Shown here in pieces: positions 50,968-63,527 of a DNA stretch of 64,000 bases. A model generated the notes under the pieces. The model had not been told where the DNA came from. It searched no databases and saw only the letters and a list, made by a program, of their open reading frames with translations. The stretch comes from Podarcis tiliguerta (taxonomy: Eukaryota): assembly GCA_965153285.1 (NCBI GenBank), contig OZ229116.1. One strand, given 5' to 3'. The translations under genes were made by a program, and so were the position numbers. Numbering within the stretch: position 1 is the first letter of the stretch; each line of letters opens with the position of its first letter.

Positions 50968-53397
50968 CGTGCTGTCATTTTCCTTTTCAGAAATTAAATT
51001 GCCTCCACTAACCATCAAAGAAATGTCAGAGTTGCCATTGCAAAGGAGGTTCTCTGCTATTTGGACAGTGGGCTGCAGGAATGTCAACTCATTCCTCCTG
51101 GATTCAGAGGACAGGCAGACCTGGTAGGAATAAGGCAAAGTTCCATCCTCATAATTGGGTGGGAATATGGCACCAGCCTTTGAGTGGGGATCAGGAATAA
51201 AGCACTGAAGGAAAGTGGGGTTCCTTGACCTTCGAAGCTTTATCAGAATGGTCAGAATCACGGTCACCAGGAACAGAAAGGACACCAAGGTCAGGGCCAA
51301 TACCAAATAAAACTGTAGATCAGACTGATACTCTGAGTCATTTGGTTGGGAGTTCATTTCTGGAAGAGCCTCCTGGAAGTTCTCAGCAAACACCAGGCTC
51401 AAAGTTGTGGTGGCTGAGAGAGGAGGATGCCCATTGTCCTTCACCAGGATGACCAGCCTCTGCTTCACTGCATCTCTCTCAAGTAATGCTCGGACGGTTT
51501 GCACCTCTCCTGTGTGGGAGCCAATGCTGAAGAGTGAGGGCTCTGTGGCCTGCAGGAGATGGAAGGAGAGCCAGGCATTGTGTCCCGAATCAGAGTCCAC
51601 GGCCACCACCTTCGTCACCAGATAACCCGACTCAGCTGACCGAGGCACCATCTCAAAGAAAGGTGAGCCCTCGGTTGATTGTGAGGGGTACAGGATCTGC
51701 GGAGCGTTATCATTTCGATCCAAAACACATACTGTCACTGTGGCACTGCTGTTGAGTGGTGGAGAACCTCCATCTTGGGCCTTCACTTGAATCTGAAACT
51801 CCCTGAACTGCTCATAGTCAAAGGAGCGTTGGGCATAGATGATCCCAGTCTCAGAGTTAATGGAGACATAGGAGGAGAGAGGCATGTCCTTGATGTTGCT
51901 GTGAAGGATGGAGTAAGTGATTCTGGCATTGCGATCCAGATCAGGGTCAGAGGCCTTGACGTGGAAAATTGAAGCTCCAGATGGGTTGTTCTCTGGAACG
52001 TAGGCAGTGTAGGAAGATTTTTCAAAGGCTGGTGGGTTATCATTGATATCTGAAATCTGTATTGATATGGTTTTGTGTGTGGAGAGTGGAGGGGTGCCTT
52101 TGTCTGTGGCTATGATTGTAATATTATACTCGGGAGTCCTTTCTCTGTCAAGGGCACCATCTATGAGAAGCTTGAAGTAATTACGCGAAGATGAGACTAT
52201 CAGGAAAGGTACAGGTTCCTTCAGGTGACAGGTGACTTCTCCATTATCCCCAGAATCCCTGTCCTGAACTTTAATGAGAGCAATCACAGCTCCAGATGTG
52301 ACATCTTCTGGAACTGGGCTGGACACGGAGGTAAGGATCACATCTGGAGCATTGTCATTCTCATCAAGAACCTCAATCTCCACTTTGCAATGTGCTGCCA
52401 AGCCTCCTCCATCACTTGCCTTAATTATCATCACATATTTTTGTCTGTCCTCAAAATCAACACTTTCTATAAGTGTAATTGTTCCATCTCTGGGATCCAG
52501 ATGAAACTTCTGCTCAGCTGTTTCTGGGATGTCACTGAATGTATAAGTGATCTCAGCATTGGACCCTTCATCACTGTCAGATGCTTTGACTTGAAGCACA
52601 GAGGTTCCTTTGGGTGCACTCTCCTTCAGGCTCACTTTATAGTTTGTCTGGGTGAAAACAGGGACATTGTCATTAATATCAATAACTGTTACCAATATTT
52701 TGGCTGTTCCGGTTTTTGGAGGTTCTCCACCATCCATGGCTGTAAGGATCATGTGGTGCATCTGTTCCTTTTCCCTGTCCAGTTGTTTCTGCAATACTAA
52801 TTCTGCATATTTGCCACCATTATTGCTGTTTTGAATTTCCAACTTGAAATATGGAGTTGAGCTCAATTGATAATTCTGCAGGGAATTTGTTCCAATGTCT
52901 TTATCTTCAGCATTTCCAAGAGCAAATCGAGTTCCTGGCAGAGTAGACTCACTCAATTTAAGCTCAACATTTTCATTCCGGAAATATGGGGCATTGTCAT
53001 TAATGTCCTGGATAAAAATATTTACGTGGAAAATATTCAAAGGATTGTGTGCCACAACTTCTAATTCGAGGACACAAGTGGATGATTCCCCACAGATCTC
53101 TTCCCGGTCTATCCTCTCATTCACATACAGGTTGCCATTTTGTTCATTCAGATCAAAGAATTGCTTTTCTGATGAAATACCAAGCTTGCGCTTTGACAGC
53201 TCTCTGACATCCAACCCCAGATCCTTAGCAAGGTTCCCCACAAAGGAGCCCTGCTCTGCTTCCTCTGGAACTGAATACTGAACCTTCTCAGACCCCACCT
53301 GGCAGCAGAACACAGACCAGAATATGAACAGAAACAGTACTTGCCTCTTGGTGATCTCCCTTGTTCTCTCTGCCTGCTTTACTTCCATCACATCCAT
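50968..53397 (-). CDS. PCDHGB: Protocadherin gamma-B-like variable exon
   Basis: ORF 50941..53397. Donor ACG|GTGAGT at 50968|50967. Confidence 0.95.
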
Positions 53398-53631
53398 TGC
53401 CTTTCCTGATTTCTTCCTGCTTTCAGTACAGTTTTCAAGACTCCCAGTACACTTATTTGAGATAATAGAAATATTCTTCTTTTCAGCTGATCCTTGGGAA
53501 ACTGAGAGCTTTCCTTTCTTGAGCAGCTTTTAAAAATAAAAGCTTTTCCTTTCTGCTCAGCTGAAGTGTTGAGAGAGAGAGAGTGTGTTCTAAGAGTCTC
53601 GGAAATGCTGAGCCATGGCTGCTCCCATGTT

Positions 53632-53671
53632 GTCCAACAGTGACACTCTGAGTCCACACGGGGAACTGTAT
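53632..53671 (-). promoter_or_regulatory. Pcdh CSE / CTCF site (CACT variant)
   Basis: GGACTCAGAGTGTCACTGTTGGAC upstream of ATG 53397. Confidence 0.75.
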
Positions 53672-53973
53672 TTGCTTATTTTCATGTTTATAATTCTATA
53701 TTGCTATTTCCCCCTGATATCTATGGAGAATTGTGAATGGCTAAAAATTCTTTCACTGGTTGTCCAAATGTACTTTCGTATCACTTGATTAGAAGTCACA
53801 TAAGCTTAATTCAGATTTGTTTTTCATTGCATACAAACTGTTATTTTAATATTTTTATTGCTTTTCCTAGTAGATGATAATGACACTTTAGGGTGTTTTT
53901 GATGGAGCATAAACACAAGCATTTGCCAGCAGAAGAAAACCATGCAATAATTCAGAAAGCCTACATCCCTGCC

Positions 53974-54186
53974 TCGGGCTGCCATACATTCGGATTTCCC
54001 TGGACGTTACTAGGATTTCAAAGGCGGAATTGACATCTTGGGGGAATTTCCAAGAGTTGGCGCTTTGGCCTCGTTCTTATTCAAGTCAATCGCAAAATCA
54101 TGGTTTTAGGGATGTTTTTGTCTAGAAAAAGCTCAACAAGTTTCAGGTTTTCCTAAAAACAATTGTGGGATGCCCTGGCAACCCTA
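53974..54186. mobile_element. hAT-family MITE
   Basis: TIRs TCGGGCTGCCA / TGGCAACCCTA. Perfect 8-bp TSD TCCCTGCC at 53966-73 and 54187-94. Confidence 0.85.
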
Positions 54187-55353
54187 TCCCTGCCAGAATT
54201 CTGGTGATTTGGCCTTTATTTAATTATGAACTTGTTTAGCAAATTTAAATTTTGTATTTTGTTCTGTCTTTAAGATTTTGGTGCATTGTGTGCTTTATTT
54301 CTGTTCTATTGGCCATAATAAAATGCTGAAAAAGAAATTTAAATTCACTTTAGCACAGGATAACTCTTTCATTCTTTAGTCTTATGCATATTCATTGACA
54401 TTTTTCTCATATGTTTGTAATCTTCCCTGTGGCATCTGGCTGGCCACTGCTGCACTAGAGGAAGTTTTGGGTGATACATCTTTCCTTACGATTCTGTGTG
54501 ATGATTCCTAATTCCTTAGGTGGTGAATTATTCAATATTCTCCCTTTGACTTTTTTGGATGCTTTTCAATGGTATTTCCCAAGAAGACGCATATGATCCT
54601 TTTGAATAATTGGTTTTTCATTTCTGTTTTCATAGTATTGGTACTTAATTCTATTCAACCTTTGCTAGTAAGATTTTATTACAGTTTTTACATTACAATC
54701 CTATACCAACTTACCTGGGTATAAATTCCATTGAAGTTAATGAGACTTATATCTGAAGATAAAAGATTTGTTAGATGTATTGCGTTTTTGGATTGCTTTG
54801 GCACACGTGGAAGTTTATTGTAATTAATCAGGAATGTTTATGACATGAAGAAAAAGCTTCTACACAAGTGCACTCACAGTGTGCACTACTCTGCCAGAAT
54901 TTCAGTTTGTCAGACTGTAAACTGAAATGTAATAATTAATCGTAGTAGTAGTAACAGTAGTAGTTTTGAACTGAGAACTTTCTTTTCTGCCACTATTGTA
55001 TCAGTGCAGAGCCATTCAGCGGAGACCATATGAGTGATAAGAAACTTTCTTTTGGGGGTCTAAGATATATCCAGAACTGCTTGTATCCATTCTTGACTTG
55101 AATGCAATCATAGATTCGGAATGATTTTCTATCATTCTATCGGTCTTATTGTTGATATTAATTTGATAGGTTAAATTCTTATTACCTGAAAACGTGGAGT
55201 TATCAGTGAATAGTAACACCATTGTCCAGAATAGAAAGATTAGCCAAATGCATAGACTAAAACACAATGCATACACATAGCAAAATGAATCTATATTTGA
55301 CTAATGACCCAATCCAGCAAGGTAGATTAGAGGGCAGATGCCTCCTTCTGGCA

Positions 55354-55472
55354 CAGGCATCCCCAAACTCAGCCCTCCAGATGTTTTGGGACTACAACTC
55401 CCATCATCCCTAGCTAGCAGGACCAGTGGTCAGGGATGATGGGAATTGTAGTCCCAAAACATTTGGAGGGCC
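55354..55472. mobile_element. Palindromic (hairpin) MITE, probably hAT-derived, right end truncated
   Basis: 40-bp inverted arms 55372-55411 and 55432-55471 with 2 mismatches and a 20-nt loop. Confidence 0.75.
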
Positions 55473-56234
55473 TGTTCTAGCACATGGCTCCTGGTATGGG
55501 ATTGGGAACTGTAATGCCGGCAGGATAGGGCAGCCATTTCAGCATGCAATTCCCACCAGCACTCAAAGTGCATATAGCAACACCCCCTTTCCTTCCAGGC
55601 TTAGAGGTACTTTATGCCTACTGTGAGCAATTATTACTTGCACTTAACTAGGCACAAGTTACACCTATTTAAGAATAGTGGTTGGCAAAGAGAACCAGAA
55701 GATCATGTTACCACAGGAAAATGTATTTATTTGTTTGAAATAGGTTCATCTCAGCTTTTAGTCCAGGGACTTCCAAAGCAGATCACAACTTGAATGAAAA
55801 CAATTAATCAACCAACAGGGAGGTGGAAGAAATAATTGACAGTGTAATTGAACACAGAGGTATTCACAGCCTGTCAGTTAATGAGGGGGGCAATCAGACT
55901 TCCCAGGGGGGAGGCATTCCACAACAGAACAGAACAGGGGGCCAGAGGTAATCTGCCAGGGGCCGTATGCAGATGCTGGGCAAGACAAAAGCCAGTGGTG
56001 GACAGGGCTGAAGCCAAATGTGGGCACAGTTGGGGGGAGGGGCCAAGACAAAAAAATAGGCCACCCCTTTCCCCCCTCTTTCTGCTACCTTCTTTCCCCC
56101 TCTTTTTCCCTCCTTGCCACTCACCCACTGTGCCTTCTGGCTTGTGTCTCAGGCAATCAGACCTTCAGTTGCCATGTTTCAAACAGTGAAAACCCGGACA
56201 GAAAAGTTATTGGGCAAGATCGCAACTGCCAACA

Positions 56235-56341
56235 TGGGCTGCCATACGCCCGGATTTTCCCTAACATTTTTCTGATTTCTGCCCAGATGATGCTGACAAA
56301 TTCTGGATATTCTGGGAAATTCTAGACATATGGCAACCCGA
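56235..56341. mobile_element. Short hAT-like MITE related to 53974-54186
   Basis: GGGCTGCCATA...TATGGCAACCC termini. No clear TSD. Confidence 0.5.
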
Positions 56342-56676
56342 CAGAACACAGAGCAAGGCCTATGATGAGAAATAAATACAGTGGGCAGGCTGGTTCGTGT
56401 AGGTAGTTTGTTCAAATATCCTGCACAGAGCCAAACCACAATAAATTTCAAATATAAAATCCTTACTGTCATGTAAGCCCCAGTGGTTTAAGAAAACACA
56501 GATTGAAACCAATAAAGATTTCCCCACTAGTAAAATAAGATACTAGCTATAAGTGAAATAAAATAATTACCAACATGTCTCATTGCTTTGAAAAGGGTCA
56601 AGAAAAGAGATAAATGGGAAATTTATCTGTCAAGATTTGTAACTACATTTCCAATTAGAAGAAAAAGTTAGCACAC

Positions 56677-57022
56677 CTGGTCTCTGATTTCATTTCCATT
56701 GTTCCAATCTTAATCCCCATTAGCAAAAATAGGATCCTCTACTTCCTAGGCCTGATCATTGGTCGCAGTATGGAAGTATTAAACCTGTTTTTCCTAAAGG
56801 CAGTATTAAGAGAAAGATCATCACAATAAGAGTAAACAAATGTTTGGATTCCATCAATAGCCACAAACTGTGAGACAGGAACACTACTGAAATTCACACT
56901 CCTTGACTCAAACAGCTTCAGTTTTCTCCATCTGAGCAACCTAATGGCCAGTAACACAAGGAGGAAAATGAAGAACAAGCAGTAAACAAAAGCCACTGCA
57001 GTCACCAGATAGATGAGATATG
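56677..57022 (-). pseudogene. Relic 3' end of a gamma-A variable exon (TM + cytoplasmic tail, frameshifted, ectodomain absent)
   Basis: Translates to [69 protein letters not shown] shifted frame with stops then reads A*EVEDPIFANGD*, compare [13 protein letters not shown] in the intact exons. Degenerate donor CAG|GTGTGC at 56677|56676. Confidence 0.85.
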
Positions 57023-57466
57023 GCTGATTCCCCACCCCACCCCGTCCCTGGTAGTGGTGTTTCTCTTTGGCAGGATCAGGAAGGTATAGGCAGTTTGGGG
57101 GACTGCACTGACAGATGTGGAGGGTGCATGCAGCCCACTGGTTACCCACCTCTGTCCTACAGCCATGGAGATAGAGCCCTGCTACCAAAAGTTCTGGTAA
57201 ACCTACCTGTTCTAGAGACCTTGTTAATCATTATTAAACAATGGCACTAGCAGCCTTCAGGAATGCATCCTTAGCTTCAACTAAACATTCAAAGAAGGGG
57301 CCTCAGAAACAGATGTGCAATCTACACCATGCTGTGGTTCTACTTAGTCTTCCGTTCCTGGACGGTGATTGCCTGAGCCAGGAAACCTTTTGTACTCAGG
57401 AAAGTTTCCTATGCATTTTAGAATACTGGGAGATCAAATGGGAAGTACTGAAATTTATGTGCTCAC

Positions 57467-59893
57467 CTGAGGGATTGCTGCCTCCTCCGTACCCATGTTA
57501 GAATCACCTATGAGTAACACAGGGCCTGGCTTATCAGAAGCCTGTTGTGGTGTCAGAGTATTGGTACAGCTTCCGATTGGAAAAAGAATCTGACTTTTCC
57601 GAGAGCCTGACGTCAGTGAAACCTCATGGCAATAAGACTGAAGAAATGCCCGGACTCCGTCAATCCCCACAAACTGTGAAACTGGTGCACCACTGAAATT
57701 CAAACTTGCATTATCACACAGCTGAGAATTTTTCCATCTGCGAAGTTTGAGTGCCAATAACACAAGGAGGAAGGCGAGGAACAAGCAGGAGACAAAAGCC
57801 ACTGCAGTCACCAAGTAGAAGGTGAGATCTGACTGTGGGTCTTCAGATACTGGGACACTGCTCAGATCAGTCAGCATGTCAGGGATGCTGTCAGCCAAGA
57901 CCACAGTGACAGTGACTGAAGCCGACATTGAAGGCTGCCCATTGTCCTTGACTAAAACCACCAGGCTTTGCTTGAGGGCATCTTTCTCCAGGAAGAAGCG
58001 GGCCGTCCTGATCTCTCCCGTGTGGAGCCCCAGAGTGAAGAGCCCTGGCTCGGTGGCCTTGATCAGCTGGTAGGAGAGCCAGGCATTCTGGCCAGAGTCC
58101 GCATCCACGGCCACCACCTTAGTGACCAGGTAGCCTGGCTCTGAGGAGCGAGGGGCCAGCTCTATCCCTGTGGAGCCGTCAGTGGGAGGGGAGGGGTACA
58201 GGATTTGGGGAGCATTGTCATTCTGGTCCAGGATGAAGAGAGTCACTGAGACGTTGGAGCTGAGTGGTGGAGAACCTCCATCCTGGGCCTTGACCAGGAA
58301 CCTCATCTCTCTGATCTCTTCATAGTCAAAAGAACTCAGAGCATAGATGACCCCTGTCTCTGAGTTAATGGAGAGGTATGAGGAGAGAGGGGAGCCAGTC
58401 ACTTGACTTTCTATGATGGAATAAGTTATTCTGGAGTTCTCTTCCCAGTCTGGATCATTTGCATTTAGAGAAAAGATGGATGCTCCTCTCTGATTATTTT
58501 CCATGAAAAATGACTTGTAATCTGATCTTGCAAAGTGAGGTGGGTTATCATTTGTGTCTAAAATGTGCAGAGCTATGATGGTGGCTGTAGAAAGAGAAGG
58601 CATCCCATGGTCAGTTACTGTGATGGTGATGTTGTAGTTTGCCACTTGTTCTCTGTCAAGGGGGCCATCTGTCACCAAACTATAAAAGTTGTCTATGGAT
58701 TGTTTTAGCTGAAACGGGAGGTTTCTGGGAATTGTGCATGTGACCTCACTATTGATTCCAGAATCTTGATCTTCTACATTTATAATAGCAATAACTGTTC
58801 CGGTTGATGCGTTCTCCTGAATGGAGTTGGTCAGAAAAGTCACAGTTAATTCTGGCGCATTGTCATTCAGATCTGTGACTATGATCACAACCTTTGACCT
58901 GTCACTTAGACCACCCCCATCCATGGCTTGCACCTCAAATTCATAGAGGGATGATGTCTCAAAGTCCAACTTTCCCATGAGGGTTATTATGCCAGTAGTT
59001 GAATTTAAAAGAAACATTTGAGAATCCTTTTTTGTGGTTTTTTTGAAGGAGTATTTCACCTCTCCGTTGCTTCCTTCATCCAGATCAGTGGCTTTGACTG
59101 CACAGACTATGGACCCTTTGGGAATGTTCTCCTCAATGCTGATTTCATAGACGGGTTGGCTAAAAATTGGTGCGTTGTCATTTACATCTAAAACAATGAC
59201 TTGAATTTGAGCAGTGCCAGTCCTGACAGGATCACCCCCATCCATAGCCATAAGAATTAGATCATAAACTGACTGTTCCTCTCTGTCCAAAGATTTTTCC
59301 AGCACCAGCTCAACATGTTTGGGACCATTTTCTCCTGTTTGAACATCCAGAGAAAAATGCACGCTGCCTGTTAGTTGGTAATTCTGAACAGAATTTATCC
59401 CCAGATCTGGATCAGTAGCCTCAGGCAGAGGAAACCGAGACCCTTTTATAGATATTTCATTAATTTTCACCTCCAGTTGTCCTGGAGGAAAGTGGGGAGC
59501 ATTATCGTTTATATCAGTAATTTCCACTTCAACTCCATAAAGTTTTCTTTTACTCTCAACAATCACCTGAAAATTTAATTTGCACTTCTCTGCCCATGCA
59601 CAAATTTCTTCTCTGTCAATTCTCTCAGAGGTTTGTAAATGACCACTGTTGTAGTTCAAAGCAAAATACTGAATCATACCTGTTCTGGTAAGAATCCGGA
59701 GCTCGCGGTTTGAAAGATTATTTCCATCCATTCCTAGATCCTTTGCAATATTTCCCACAAAAGAGCCTTTCTGCATCTCCTCTGGAATGGAATAATGAAG
59801 TTGTGCAGAAACTGTCTTCAAAATGAAGATCAATATGAGGCATTGCAACAAGATTGTCTCTTTACAGCTCCATTGCTTCTGGTTTCCTCCCAT
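57467..59893 (-). CDS. PCDHGA: Protocadherin gamma-A-like variable exon (most divergent gamma-A in the window)
   Basis: ORF 57455..59893 contains [32 protein letters not shown]. Donor CAG|GTGAGC at 57467|57466. Confidence 0.95.
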
Positions 59894-60086
59894 TTTCTTG
59901 CAACAGGATAAATGCCACTTATTCTGGCTCAGACGTTTTTGAGTATGAAATAAATGCTGTTATTTTTTATTTAAAGTTGCTCCTATTACACTCCCTGCAA
60001 TGTGTGTGCAAGTATGGTCATGCAGATATTTTCTGTTTATACAGTAGAGAATTTATGGAACTCCCAGTGTGTTCTGTAGCCAAATT

Positions 60087-60127
60087 GGTGAACAGCGACA
60101 CCCAGAGGCTCAACTGAAAACTATAGC
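60087..60127 (-). promoter_or_regulatory. Pcdh CSE / CTCF site with canonical CGCT box
   Basis: Minus strand CTATAGTTTT-CAGTT-GAGCCTCTGGGTGTCGCTGTTCACCAAT, about 195 bp upstream of ATG 59893. Confidence 0.88.
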
Positions 60128-60989
60128 TCATTTTAACATAATCTTACTTTCATATTTGCCTAGACAATCTGAGTCAGGGATGTGATGGACTGAAAGTTCC
60201 ACATCCTGTTTAATAGACCCAAGTGATATGGCGAGGCAATCTCATTATCTTCATCTGGAGTACTTTAAAAAGCTGATGCTTTTTTCCTGTCCTTGTAATG
60301 TGTATTAATATATGGGGTGTTAATTGCGTTAGGAGGTTTGCATTCTTTATCTATGAATATAGTCATGTAAGTAGAGTTTTATTGCATGTTTTATAAAACA
60401 TCCTAGGCTTATCTGCTCTTAGGGTAGCAAGGTGCTCACTCAGAGAGGCTGCTTTAAATGTTTCAACAGTGCACGTGCTTATTCATAAGATAATTGCCCT
60501 GTGTAGAGGACCATGGTCTCAGGCATCCAGCAGTCCCGTTTTCTTTTAGTCCACCTTCCTCTCACACCTGCTATGCTCTGGTGAGTGAATTTTAAAGTGG
60601 AAAGGACGGTGGGTGAGACGATTGATTTGCTGTTTTGGGGTGATGAGGGCTTGCTGCTGTTGTTGCTGTTGGTTTTTTGTATCTTTATTTTAGATCTTGT
60701 GATTTATGTAGAAACTGTTCAGTTTGGTTGTGTTTCATGTTTTATTATCAGTTCCATGTTTTATTTATTGTTTATGACTACTTTTGTTATGTTGTAGTTA
60801 TGTATTTTTTTATGTCGTAAGCTACCTTGAGCATGGTCTGAACTGTGGAAAAGAGGCATACAAATAAAATAATGTATGTATGTGTGTGTTGGTAGAGGAA
60901 GACATCAGAAGGCACAGCAGTTTCAGTCTCCCTCCGTATCTCAAGAGCATTTAGGAGGTTTGAGCACTTCATGGTAAATTATTTAAATA

Positions 60990-61080
60990 TATTGGATACA
61001 AAGCCCTGAACAACTCAGGACCTTGTTTTCTGAAAGAACTCCTGTCCCTATATACACCTGGTGGATCACTGAGATCTATT
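60990..61080 (+). mobile_element. L2 LINE fragment
   Basis: Encodes YKALNNSGPCFLKELLSLYTPGGSLRS, compare L2 YKALNGLGP.YL.....Y.P.R.LRS. Confidence 0.55.
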
Positions 61081-61104
61081 TCAAAAAAGAATAAGCAAAA
61101 TTAT

Positions 61105-61620
61105 CAAGGAGTACAAGTAACCCCTTCTATGAAGAAAATTTGCAGCTCTTGGGAATTTTTAGTTTAGAGAATAGGTGGGTAAGAGGTGACATGACAGAAG
61201 TGTATACAATTATGCAAAACACTAGAACGCAGGGACATCCAGTGAAGCTGAACGTTGGGAGATTCAGAACAGATAAAAGGAACAAGCAGTGCATAGTTAG
61301 ATGAAGGAACACAAGCCCACAGGAGGCAGTGATGACCACTCAGATGGCTTTAAAAGAGGATTAGACAAATTCATGGAGGAAAGGGCTATTGAAGGCTATT
61401 GCCCATAATGGTTATGCTCTGCCTCCACAGCTAGAGGCAGTAATGCTTTTGAATACCAGTTGCTGGAATCCACGGGATGCGAGAGTGCTTTTGAGCTCAG
61501 GTCCTATTTGTAGGTTTCCCACAGGTATCTGGTTGACCACTCAGCCAGGATGCTGAACTGCATGGGCTATTGGCTTCATCCAGCAGGTTCTTCTTATGAA
61601 ATCATATTATGTTCTTATAA
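61105..61620 (+). mobile_element. CR1 LINE 3' fragment (second family)
   Basis: Remnants YEE.L..LG.FSLE.R..RGDM.EVY, RFRTDKR and GFKRGLDKFME. 3' UTR ends ttcttatg...ttctta. Confidence 0.8.
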
Positions 61621-62965
61621 AGTCACAATGTTTTGCTGCTGATTCAGGGCTTGGAAAGGGTGTCGTGGACCACAATGGAACATACACTGAGTCAAGAGTC
61701 TATGTGTTGGTTATCTTTTCACTTAACAATTCCTAGATTACTTACCTAGTCTTTTTTTGTTTTCTGACCATAGGATCTGGAAAGAATGATTCTCAAAATT
61801 TGTCACTCCGATATTACTTATGATGCTTTTAATCTACCATCCATTATTTTTTAATGAAGATAGAATAACAATATTTGGACAGTGGGAACAGGTGTGGCTT
61901 TTTTTTGGCTCAAATATTTTTATACAGGTCAACCCATTACACAACACCTGACTGTCAGCAGAAAACTGACACTACAAATGATCCAAATACATGCGTCACA
62001 TACTTTGACTCGCACACTATGTCCACTTATAATCCATTCGGTAAAATACTTCTTTCACAAATCTACAGAGTATTAAACTCTCGAATGCTGCTACCATTCA
62101 CAACTCTAAAGGCATGATGGGGAGGAAATCAGATGATACTTTATGGGAAGAAGTGATGAGCAACTATCAGCTCTTCATGGCAGGAGGAGGAAGCGAACAC
62201 TGAACTCAGTCTTGACACTCATTCCTATCTGAATGGCACATTCCAATACTTGAGATTTGCCTGAAATTTAGAATGGCAGTTTCTAAAAGGAGAGATTGTC
62301 ATTCCACACCCACTTTTCACCTTTTCTCGGTTGGCCGTCCTTGGCTTGGAGCCACATAGCAATTCATGTCTTTCTGCTCATGTCACTTCACAGCACCCGC
62401 CCACCCAGTGGTGTTCTGAGGAAGGGCTGGTTCTGTTGTCACATCCTGCAAGTGCAGCACCACATGGTGCAATTAAGTAGGTGGAGAGATAACTTTTAAT
62501 CTTGTTGGGAATCATCATCATCAAGAGCAGGAGCAGCTCATTGTTTATATGGGCTTTAATAAAGGGAAGATTAGCGTTTGCTATTGTTTTTTCATTCCTA
62601 CCATTTGTTCATTCAAAAATCTCCAAGCTGACTTTCTCCCTCTATCTCTCCATGAATGAGAATGCAACCAGGGAGGCTTGTTTTCAGCAAACAGCAGGAA
62701 GAGAAAGAGGCAGCAGTCCTTTGCACTTCCAGGTACAGCCTCCGAGTCTGCTTTTTGAGTTGACAGAAAAACCTCACCTGAAGATTGTTGTTGTGTATTA
62801 TCTCCTGGACAATAACTAGGCTGACTCTTACTGAAGTCTTGTTTCCCCAAAATACTATGGTGTTTTATCAAATATGATATTTTGCAGCCAAGATTATGGT
62901 GTCCTTTGGTATTCGTTGATATTACGTATATTCTAGTATTTTGGGGGGTTTCTCTGTACCAATAT

Positions 62966-63036
62966 TCATAGAATCATAGAGCTTGAAGGGACCATGGCCC
63001 TGAGGTTAAGAGTCTCATGCTCTACTGACTAAGATA
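62966..63036 (-). mobile_element. Internally deleted tRNA-Lys(CTT)-derived SINE with CR1-type tail
   Basis: Minus strand tcttagtcagtagagcatgagactcttaacctcagggccatgg (tRNA-Lys 5' half) joined to tcccttcaagctctatgattctatga. Confidence 0.65.
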
Positions 63037-63527
63037 TATTGACAATCATTGTCACTGAAAATGTTGTGATTTACAGCATTTCCCCAATTAGTTTAGCCAG
63101 TTAGTCAAGTTGTGATGTATGTATAATATTTTAGTATTCTTGATATTGCTTGCTCACCTTTGGCCTGAATCTCTTACATTGTATTACTTTTAATTCCTGC
63201 TTCTCCTCCCCAAAATTAATTAAATTTGTATATTATTTAAGTATTGAATTAGAACTGTTAGGGGAGAAGGGAAAGAGAACCCTGGTTACACATTCCTTTA
63301 ATAATGCAACTTTACCAAATCAACATGGAGTTAATTAGGACCAGGTTTCTTAATTCTTCCTAATTTTGTGTGAGTGTAAGGGTTGGTAACTGTCTTTAAT
63401 AACTCACTGAAATTAGAAGAAATATTTTAAAATAAATATAATTAATTCTCATTTGTTTCCAGGGGGTAGGATTTAGTTATCATTTCATTTTCTTTACTAG
63501 ATGTGTAGTCTGACCCATAATTTTGGA

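Noticed and set aside
55372-55471. pre-miRNA-like hairpin
   Set aside because: It is better explained as a palindromic MITE, and there is no expression evidence.
5253-59578. Recurrent + strand ORFs (60-191 aa) overlapping every exon, e.g. 6253..6828, 39296..39811, 52225..52800
   Set aside because: These are antisense shadows of cadherin codons that recur because the exons are paralogous. Their lengths and stops vary between copies, and they show no independent protein features. Antisense lncRNA transcription (known for mammalian Pcdh-alpha) cannot be judged from sequence.
62581-62871. Donor-like CAG|GTGAGG at about 62777 on the minus strand as another Pcdh exon end
   Set aside because: The upstream frames show no TM or Pcdh cytoplasmic similarity that I can recognise.
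62990-63036. tRNA-Lys(CTT) gene
   Set aside because: Only a mutated 5' half is present, with no T-arm or acceptor 3' strand, and it is fused to a CR1-like tail. It is a SINE remnant.
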